A DNA stretch of 64,000 nucleotides from NCBI GenBank assembly GCA_951406725.2, contig OX597815.1, forward strand, positions 33,666,001 through 33,730,000. The letters are read 5' to 3'. The position numbers and the translations under genes were made by a program. Source of the stretch: Octopus vulgaris (taxonomy: Eukaryota). Shown piece after piece: positions 14,038-25,800 of the stretch (position 1 is the stretch's first letter; every line of letters starts with the position of its first letter). The notes below the pieces were generated by a model. That model made no database searches. It saw only the letters and a list, made by a program, of their open reading frames with translations, and had not been told where the DNA came from.

Positions 14038-16795
14038 CAACCTATTAATACTAAAAGTGTTTTGGGAGAGGTGAATATAAATAATAATGAGCTTATTGTA
14101 TACAGTGCCCAGTTGCACTACAACTCATCAGAAAAGGTTAAAAGGGGGGCAGATGCAGAAATATGTCAAGAAAAAAAAAGATGTCAATGAAAGTACATGC
14201 ACAGTAAACAGAATAAAACACTAAAAGACAAAAAAGTGAACATTAACACAGTTGTTAAGTGGAAAGTTTGCATAGGCACATAATTAATAACCTTAATTGC
14301 AACTAGGCCCTTCAGTCAGTTGCTAACCATTCACTACTTTCTCTTCAGTTCTAGTTTTACTTAAGTTAAAAAGACAACACACTTTGCTTTTTCTTTAATG
14401 GCTAAGGAAATCATGAAAATATACAAATATAGACCTTTACTGAAAGTGGATTATAAATTAAGTTTGAGTCATTTTACAATATAAAATTCTTACATTTCTA
14501 TCAAATAGCTTATTTTTTGTGTCATTTTGAAAACCCAACCAATTTATGATACTAATTTACTAGTTTCTTTGTAGAAGGAATATATGAGCAGTAATCTTAT
14601 AAATTATATATGAATTCTTCATATAATAACTATGGTTTGTTTCATGTAGAATATAAAATAGCATGGAATAAAATGAAGCTACCAGCTACTTTCATCTGAC
14701 TTTTACAGCTCCAAAATGTCTATCCTGTTTGGAAACTTTCATTTTATACTCTCATCTTTGGTTACTTCATAATGTATATAAGTCCTATAATTAAATAGAT
14801 TTTGATCTTTGACATTCCATTAGCATCACCTTATGGCAGCGGGTGCAGGTGGCATTTTATTATTTGATCATCTTGAATATAAACTTCTTAAGATCTCAGA
14901 TGTCACACCATTGCAATATGATACTGTTGAGAACACACAGCTTGAATTTATAAATAAATTTAATGATGATGATGTTGATGACGGTAATATAAATTCATGC
15001 AGTGAGCTGGCAGAATCATTAGCACACCAAGCAAAATGCTTAGCGGTATTTCATCGGCCGCTACGTTCTGAGTTCAAATTCCACGGACGTCAACTTTACC
15101 TTTCATCCTTTTGGGGTCGATTAAATAAGTACCTGTTATGCACTGGGGTTGATGTAATCAACTCAGTCTCTTTGTCTGTCCTTGTTTGTCCCCTCTATGT
15201 TTAGCCCCTTTAGGGCAATAAAGAATTAAATATAAATTCATGCCTGTACCATTTTCTTGGTAGTCATGGACAATGTTGATAAAGCTTTTATGAATAAAGC
15301 TGAGGCCATTTTAAAATGTTTATTTAAAAAATGGACACTTTTGGACACTTAGAACATAGTATGATATTCATTATAACAAGGGTTTCATTCTTACTGTAAT
15401 GTGTGTAAAAGATCTCAACTTTTACCATTTTTCACTTAATCATAATTTGTTATCAAGAAATTTATTAAACTGCCACTGTTGGCAAAAGTTAAAATGTCTA
15501 TACATCATAGAAATATCACCTTTGTGTGTTTCATGTATCCATATGTTTTCACTATACATTTTTCTTTATTTAGTATTTCTAGAAATAGTTGTTTAGTTTT
15601 TATTTTGAAATATGAGACAAAAAGAAGCAAAAATGTTCTCACCAATAACATTATCAAAATACTGCTTCATCATTGTCATATACTAATTATGAATGTATTT
15701 TCAAAATAATTGCCTTGTTTATTTATATATGAATTTAAATTAATTTTGGCCTTTCATATGCTTGCATATAACAAAAGCATGAACTATCATCTTTGAAACC
15801 AAATGAAAGGAGCATCTTCACTTTACTTCTCTTGAGGTAGTCATCGGGGTTGTTTCAGTTATATCAAATGAAATATCTAGTTTATGAATATACTCCAGAG
15901 AATATGCCTCAACAAAATTAAAATTTCTTCTGAATGTTTTTGATCTAATATCATGAAAATTAACCATATTTTTTTCTATTTATTTCAATAATTTATTTTA
16001 CCATAAATGTTTAAATGTTCTGGAAAAGCTAGTTAAATATTCCATATTTTGTTAAATTATAAAAAAAAGCCATCTCAGTGTCTTCATAATTTATTTATTG
16101 TGAAAAAATTGAAAAGTGAAGAATTCATTATGGGAAACGATATACAGAAATTAGCTAATATCAGGGTAGGATGGCTGAATTGGAAGTCTGTAAATAAAAC
16201 ATCTTGTGGATTTATCTTTCTACATCCTGAATTCATATCTCACTGGTGTTGGATTTTCTTTCATCCATTTTCTTTCATCCATAAAAAATATTTATGGCTG
16301 AGTTGAATTTTGGGTTTAATTATATTGGCTACCACCCTTGCACCAGATTTGGGAGTTTTATGCCAAAGCATAGAAAACCTTTTTGTCATTATGTAAACCA
16401 AGAGATTGTTATGGTACAGTTGTTAGAGTCAACCTAATACTTTACAATATGTCTCAGTATCCCTTCTTGAATCCAAGTTTAAGTCTTGCACAGAATTAAA
16501 TTTGCTTTTTTATTTCTCCAGGGTTCATAAGATCCAGTGATATACTAGTGCTAAATGTAGAATTAATACACCTCTTCACTTACAACAAATGTCTTGTGTT
16601 AATTAAATGAATGTCTTTAGGCAGAGTATTTCATCATTGTTTTAAAATGTGGAGTCTTCAAATTGAACACAATTTGAAGACTCCACTAGAATGGACGAAA
16701 GCGCTAATATATGATATATGATGTATAAAAACATGTAACATACTAATGAATATCTGTAAATATAAACCCATCCGGATTTCGCAGTACCTCATTTC

Positions 16796-16851
<56 letters not shown>

Positions 16852-19800
16852 CACACATACATATATTAATCTCATATACTTTTAAGGGGACTGTTGACAT
16901 GAAAGCAACATAAACCTTTATTTATTTATGTAATCAACAACTTACAACTTACTTAGGAAGATTATTTATCATTATGTCTGCTCTGCTCCTTGATTTGCAA
17001 CTGCTTTTCTTCTTTCTCTGCCATTTCCATTCACTGCAATCATATGTGTTTACATCTGTATGTCAAAAGATAGCAGGTATGCAGTGGCTGTGTAAGATAT
17101 CATCTCTAAATGTGTGTCCTTTCTGAATTGGGGCTTGCCCTTCTGCTTTTCTCCATTTGTACAGTTTGAAGAGAAGGTCTATAATGATTCCACTAAAAGC
17201 AAAGTACAGGTGAGTTTCAAAATTTGGCATGGACACCCAGTGGTTGCAACCATGTCTTTGCCATTGCTATCTGCTCATAAATTGTCAGTCTGTCTGTCTA
17301 TATGTCCGTCCATCTATCCATCTATGTGTATGTATGTGTACGTATAAAATTATTTCCTTTCAAGCATGCTGATGTTTTATTTTTTTTTCTCTTTATGTTA
17401 TGCCCTATCTGTATATAAATTCATATTTTCATTCTTGCCTGCTTTCCTTTTATATGCTATTATCATTCTCATCATTAATATCATTTATTTTTAATATCCT
17501 CCTCACATTATTCTCTTGCCTGTCACCATGGTTGCTCAACATCATATCCATATACTTGTGTGTCAGGTTTTTTTTTCCTCTCTACTACATTACAATATTT
17601 CATCAATATGACTATGTGCTTGCTTGTCTATTTTTCCATTCTGTTGCCAGTACTTTTAACATGAATAAACTTATGCTTTAGTTTCTTTAGTCAGTGATAT
17701 TTTCTCAGCTATAATCAATGTTGGTGGTCTAAGCATGACAGATTTTGTTTCATTTACTAACACTTGATTGATATTGTCTCAATTTTTCATTTATGTTATG
17801 GTTAATTAGTTCATCTTCAAACTAGATTAGCTCATTTGCATTAACTTTTGAATTTGATGGAAACTGTATTTGATTTCCTTTTGAGAATAGTATAGAATTT
17901 CACTTTCTGTTAAAAAATTTAATTATAATTTTGTCTAATCTTCCCAGATTGATTAAGAGTTTTTGTATAATAGCTTTGCTTTCTTATTTCATTTTTACAT
18001 AACACATCCTCCCATAAATAACATATTCACAGCTTAATCATAGTTTAGCTACTTAGTATTAAATGAAAAGATAGATTTGAATGTATCAGAAACTTAAACG
18101 CACCTTTCATGCACACAAACATGCATATGTGCATGCAGATGCAGACGTGTGTACACATATTTGAAAATCAGTGTCCAGTTTGGTAGTATGTCAGCTTACT
18201 GGCTGAAAGGTTTGTTTGCTTTTCTGCTCCCAGTGCTGTGCACTTTGCCAAAACACTTATAAATGAATAAGTAGCTATATGTACATACCAAGTGATTATA
18301 CAACTTAATGTGGGAAGCAGAAGTAGAACTGTTTAACTGATGAGTGTTTCATTGGTGTTAAGTTCAAATTCTCCCCGGATTATTTCAGATTTACTTGCCA
18401 TGAATACACTACATTCATATATCAAAACTCATAATATTGAGGCAAAGCTAACTTAAATATACTTTTAAAGAGGTGCAAAGGCTTTTAAAAGGAATCGTTC
18501 AAAATGTTATACATAAACCATTGTCATCGATTGTGTACTGCTGATTGAAGATGAGTACATAATATATTCTTCCTCTTGACATAGTGAAGACTTGCTGGTG
18601 ATCTCACCAGTACTGGTACCACAAGATAAAAAATGCACTCTGTAGAGAAATTGGCATTCAGCCATAGAAACCATGATAAAACTAACACATTGGAGCTAGA
18701 TAGTATCCACTGACCTGTCAAACTGTCTAACCCATGCTAGCACAGAGAGTGGACTTAAAATGATGGTGGAGGCTTGCAGCAGTGAAGTCACATTTAAAAT
18801 GCTAGATTGGATTAACACTAGTTGGAGTGTCCTATCTACTGGTTGTTAAGTAACTGATATATATATGTATGTGTGTTTGTATAGATATTCTTTTACTTGT
18901 GTCAGTCATTTGATTGCAACCATGCTGGAACACCACCTTTAGTCAAACAAATCATCTCCGGGACTTATTCTTTATAAACCTAGTACTTATTCTATCAGTC
19001 CCTATTGCTGAACCACTAAGTTATGGGGACATAAACACGCCAACATCAATGGTCAAGCAATGGTGTGGGGGACAAACACAGACACACAAATGCATATATA
19101 TGACGGGGTTCTTTCAGTTTCCATCTACCAAATCCATTCACAAGGCTTTGGTCAGCCCAAGGTTGTAGTAGAAAACACCTGCCCAAGGTGTCACACAGTG
19201 GAACTGACACACATATGCAGGCACCTAAGTATTTCAGCTGACTTCACTTAATGTCTTAATACCAGCTCACCAGTTGACAGAAAATGCAAGGGTACATTTT
19301 CCACCCTAAAAGGAATATATATGTGTGTGTGTATGCATGGATAGATAGATAAATATAATCAGAATGATGTTGATCATTATCATCATCACTATTTTCTATG
19401 ATGGCTGCAGTTAGATAGGTCATTATGGTCCAAGTCAGTTCTTATTTAGAGTTATTATATATTTTCCTAGATACATTGGAGGCCACATCTTGCTCATAGA
19501 ATCCATTTTACCTTGGTTTTCATGGGTTCCTGACACAAACCACTTTACAAGTTGATCATAACACTAGTATTAGACGTGTTTTTATATCCTCAGCAAAGTT
19601 AAAGCATCTGCTCTACTCAGCGTTATCTCCTGTTTTGTAAACCACTTTACAGAATGTACTGGACGTGTTTCATCACAGTGGCCAGCACTACACCCACACA
19701 CAGTTAAAATATGAACTGTGTTTTTTTTTAACACTAGTTGGAGTGATTTGTCTACTGGTGATTAAGTAGCTGCTAAATTGCCCGAGATTCTCATGTAGTA

Positions 19801-22800
19801 TTCTGTGAGATTTGACTGTTTGTTTATCCAGTATATTGATGTATGTATTTGTTATTTTGATTGGGAAGATTGATTTAGTGTAATCAGTGGTATACTGGCA
19901 AGTGATAGAAAGGTGGTCCAACTCCCATGATGGGATTTCTTTTCTTCACTTTAAGACACTTCATATATATGTGTGTGAGTAATGTACTTGGCTGCCATTA
20001 TATACATTTCATCAATCTACTTAGTTACCTACTGAAACATGTATAATTTGAGACACCAATTAGTAATGTAGATAGAACATATATTTAGTACTCTTCTCAA
20101 TTCTGATGCAAAAAGCTTTTTAAATATAATCCAATTGGCTAAGATTTTTGTCGGTAGAAATTTTATATATATGCAATATATACACATGCACACATACATA
20201 TATATGAATGAGAGAGATCACCCAACTTGTGTGTATGTGGATCAATGTGGCCCGAGTCAGGCAGGACAGTATATTTACAAAGCCTTTCCCAACAGGGAAT
20301 GTTTAAATTAAGGTGGCATTTTCATGCCGACTCTCTTCACCATCTCCTTCAGTATGATGTACATAAGGACTGTGGAAAACTTTGGTGAAGTAGACAGTTC
20401 CTACATCTGATACTGCACTGATGGTAGTCTATTCAATCTGAAGCTGCAGTTTACTCCAAGACACTAGAAAAACTCATTCAAGAGCTAGTCTTCACCAATA
20501 GTACTGCCCTTGTTGCTCTCACACTGAACCCTGCAGTGTAAAACATCATGCTTTGCAAAGACTACCATGCTCTCCAGGCAGAAATTCAGTGTGAGGTAGA
20601 CAGATATTCCCCACTATGGATGAGTCAGAGCTGAAGACAGTCTACCAGTTCAGCTGCATAGGGTGCACCAGTTCATCAAATATCAAGATAAACAGAAAGG
20701 TCAACAACAAACAAAGGCAAATAGCTCATTAAGCAAACTGTACTAAAGAGTCTGGAAGAAAGACAAAGATGGCATATATAGTTACCTTGCTGTATGGCTC
20801 CAAATGATGGGCTACCTACAGTCAGTACTTGTGCTTCCTTGATCACATCCAGTTGTACTACCATGACATCAGTATCTAGATTGGCATTTTTTTTTTACTA
20901 ATATTGAAGTTGTGGAATAGGCAGACATCACCAGCATTAGGACCTTGTTGGTCAGGGCATATTTTCAGGATGGCAGATCATTGCCTACTCAGTATTGTAC
21001 TGTTTAGCTAAGTTGCCACTGACTACTATGACATAGAGAGAACCAAAGAATAGGTACTGCTACTCTCTAAGAGAAATCTCTTGGTTCTTGTCATATTGAC
21101 CATTGCCATTGTTGTACAACCTCCCACAATGAAGCCTGCCTACATGTCTTTTGCTGTTTTCTCCTTCAAAGACAGAAGGAGAATGAAGAAAAATTCATAA
21201 TACAGCAGCACCAAACCCAGAGCAAAATTTCTCTTGCAGTCATTGTGGTTAGGCCTGCCTAACCCATATTGGCCTATCATACACCATCTATCCTACAGCA
21301 GACACGAACAGTGCCCTATCTAAACTTTTGTTTGCAACATCACGCCACAATAATCTTTTATTGCTGTGACTTTAAATATAGCATTAAGAAGTTTAATTCA
21401 GCTTTCTGTTGAGTTTTTTGTCTCACTAGTCTCTGTAAAAATATAGCCAAGCAAGTAATGCACTTGTCATTTAGTTATATACTATCTTAAAGAAACTGAT
21501 TTTATTATCAAAGGATTTTGCGGAATAGTTAGAGAATATTCTGTCTTCTTACTACATCTCTATATCTTGAAAATTTAAGTTTCTATTTATTAAGTTGTCA
21601 AAAGATTAATCAAACCAATCTTTAAAAGTTACCTCTTTCTTCAACCTTGAGAATGCATAATTAGAAATTATAATCACTGTGTGGGTATGTGTATATTTGT
21701 ATTGTTTCTGGTAAACTAATTTGTCTTTACATCTTTTTATCTCAGTAACATAACTACAGTAGCATTTAGTTTAGAACATTCTTGAAGATGCTTGCTGTTC
21801 CAGGCTGGGGTGCAATGCTAATAGTGTAGTATGAATACCCATATAGTAGTTTACTATAGTTGTCTGTGAAAACTAGATATTTTTGCATGATAGATGTGTT
21901 GTATATATATCTGTCTTCCAAATACTTTCTACCGTACTCCTTCTTGTTTATATCACCAGTACTTTATTATGTCCTTTTTTTTTATCGTAGTGATATAGTC
22001 TGTTTTTAGTATTGCTTCAGATACCTACTCAATAACAACTTGTATGTTATGATATTGATGTTGCTACTGTTTTATTATCCAGATTTAGACCCCTAGTGAG
22101 AAATGTTTTCACTCAAGTATTTTAAAATTTCTACATTACAGTATTTATTTCTTCATGATATATTTTAAAACTTGGTTTTGCAATGCTTTATTTCATTTTG
22201 TTATTTCTTACCTGCCATTATTTTGTTATATACTATTATCTTAAATGAATTTTTGTGTGTTCATCTATACTGTACCTGATTACCTGATGTATATATATAT
22301 ATATATATATCAGATAATCAGGTACAGTATAGATGAACATTATAAATATATGGTCATTAAATGATAAAAGAGCCAATTTACTCATCTAAAAAACACCAAT
22401 TTACTCATCTAAAAAACAAAAAAAAAAAACCATTTAAATTCACTTTTCATTTATTTCTTGAAGTGTCAATATTTTCAACTTTGATGAAGCCCTTTCATTA
22501 ACAGTTACTGGTTGATTACATTAAGCTTAGTATATAACATCATCTAGATCTTAATCCTAATAAACAGACAGTTTGTTATGAATCCTGAATTAAGTTTATG
22601 ACCCACTGATTTTGATAACTTCTTTGATTACCATTGTGAATATGTGTATCACACACACTATCATAAAACATATACCTCAGTATAATCTTCACTTTAAGTA
22701 CCAGTATACAATACTACCAGCACAGTCACCATCCACTATCACGACTGTCATGACCATACACCTACTATGTCTTTATAGCTAGTGCACTTTTTTTTAGATT

Positions 22801-25800
22801 TCTGTAATAATTAGTCACTGTGGTGTGGCTTGAGTAGAAATTTTGATATCAGTATCTAGAGTTTTGATTCTAAATTGCAGATAATTTTTATACATTTGAA
22901 ACTTTTGCATCCACTAATTTTGATAGCAATAACCATTTGATACTATTATTTGACTCCTATCCCTAACATGTGCCTAGATTTTTATTTCTATCACTTTATC
23001 CATAATTTCAAAATCCTTTGAAAACCAAAGTAATTGCATATATAATGATTATTATCCCTATTGAGATATGTTAATATATTATTCAGCAATAGCTGATATC
23101 ATCTTCGTAGGAAAGAATTTAGTCTATATTTCTAGCACATTTTTCTTTGTAACATATCTAAATACCATTAGTAAAGCTATATATGAATGAATTTTCTATC
23201 CCGTTTAACCCTTTTGCTACCATATTTCTGTTGAGATACTCTTTGTTTCTTTTGATTGATTTTAAATTGCCGGTGGCACGTAAAAAGCACCATCCAATCG
23301 TGGCCGTTTGCCAGCCTCATCTGGCACGTAAAAAGCACCCACTACACTCACGGAGTGGTTGGCGTTAGGAAGGGCATCCAGCCGTAGAAACATTGCCAGA
23401 TCAGACTGGGCCTGGTGCAGCCTTCTGGCTTCCCAGTCCCCAGTTGAACCGTCCAACCCATGCTAGCATGGAAAGCGGACGCTAAACGAAGATGATGATG
23501 ATGTAACAAAGAATTTAGTAAAATAACTTAGTTATCATGAAGCTAGTGTTAGGAACATAAATTGTGGCTAAGGTTTGGTGGAAGATTTTAGTTCAGGACT
23601 TTTGAAAACAAGTCATTTGTACTACAGAGGCAAGGGCAGTTTCAGGCGGTTTAGTATCAAAAGGATCAAAAGACTATTATTTGAAGTTCATAGATCTCTT
23701 TTTATCGGATCACAATAAAATGTAGGTGACTGCATTCATTGTTATGTGGGTCAACTGTTTTTAAGTCAACTGGCGCTACAGCTTGTCTGTCTTAGATCAG
23801 TTGACATTACAGCCTAAACTGGCATTATAACGTTTCTCTAAGGCAGCAAATTGGTGTTTGTCCCAACTCTCTGTGCTCTGAGTCCAACTTTGCCTTTTAT
23901 CTTTTTAGGGTCAGTGTTAACCAAGTACTTAACTACTTATTCTCCACACGCCCTCACTATCTCCTAGGCAATTCATTACTCAGTTACTTTCAAGAGATCA
24001 AGAAAAGAATGTTCACATTGTGATCCACTAATCCTTTCAGCACTATGAAAAAAGAAAAGACTAACACTGCAGTCAGTCTCCATCGGTTAACTGACAACTG
24101 CAGCTTTTCTCCCTCGGTTAAATTGACACTATCCTTCCTCTCTCTGGTCAGTTGACAGTGCAACTTTGTTCTTATCATTGATCAAAGACATTTCACTTTT
24201 TATATTCCATTCAGTAATTATCTCAGACTTTCTGATGGTCCTTTTTTTTCATTTACCCTACCATAAAGTAATTGAAATCCATTACTGTTAATTGAAATCT
24301 CATTTTGACTAGGTTTGCCCATTTCATATTTTTCGAATGTTCTTTCATAAACAGAATATAGCAGTGAGCAAAGTAGGCCGGGAATAAGCTGTAAATGTTA
24401 AATGATAAAAACAAGAACATCCTGAAATTTATTTTGTAGGAATTATTTTAGCTGTCTCAAAATGTAACTTCTCTTTTTGTATTTGCTTCTCTCATTCCAT
24501 CTGAAATCCTAGAAGTTCATTAACTCAACACAAAAGAAATTATATGTTGTGATTTATGCAATAAGTCTGCATTATTTGTATTTTTAAATCTTAATGATTT
24601 GCAAAATTATCATACTCCCCACTGCTCTTCTGTAAAGTTTTTGTTCCCTTCTTCTCTCATCATTGTTCAAGAGGAGAAAGACATAGAGCAGATTATTTGT
24701 AAGCTTTCGAATGAGTTTAGAGTGTTCAACTTGAACTGAAAGGAAATGTTACAAGGCTACATATTTTCTCATTTCTTGGTTGTTATTAATGTTTTTATAT
24801 TTCATAATTTTTGGAATACTTGTAGATCTGGTTCACCTCTATTGAACTACATTTTTTCACAATCTCATACAATATAGATTGAATTGTACACATGTTTGTG
24901 CATATTGTTGTCAACTCAATTTTGTGTATTTCACAATATTTCAAGATTAGTCAGTCACATGATTACACCATTTAGACTGGCATAATTACTTAGACATCCT
25001 CTTTCCATTAACAGCAACTTGGTCCATAAGAGGTTAATGATTGGCCAAGTAAATGTGAACTTTGTTATTCAAGAAAATATAACATTTAGCTTAACAAGCT
25101 TGTTTTTTGTTTTATTTTTAATATCCCAATGAAGATAATTTGTTTGTATGTTAGTAAAATGTGCTAACATAAACTCTTGAGTGACCTTTCTGTTAACAGT
25201 ATTATTGTCATTTTGCTCTTCATTTTATGAAATACAACCAAACTGTTCATATGTTGTGTTTCTTAGTTTTTCTAAAATGTCAATTCTGCCAGTGAATTAC
25301 ATCTAGTGTCTGCCTTAAAGCAGACTCTGCATAGATTATTTTTACTGTTTATTGACAAGTTTTGTCATGTGTCCATGTAAGACATACAAGCACCAAAGGG
25401 TAGCTAATGTGCATCCTTTTATGCAGCTTGTTTATCTAGTTTTATGTACTGTATTGAATGGTAAAAAGCTGAGTGTAATAAGAGAATATAGATTACTTAA
25501 TATAACAACTACATATTAAATATCATATAACATCACTTCCTCCTTTTGCAACCCTCATATTATACTACTGTGTTACTTTTGTGGGCTATATCGGACTTCA
25601 CTTTAGAAATACTATTTGTTTTTCTATCATAAAATATGCCAGGTACAAAATGTGAAAAAAAAAAAATACACAAAAATAAAGTTATAGCCTGATTACAGTT
25701 TCCAGTTACTAGATAAGGACATCTGCTAAAACTGATTTAACAGATTCTACCAAGTACATCATCATCATCATTTAGCATTCATATTCCATGCAGACATGGG

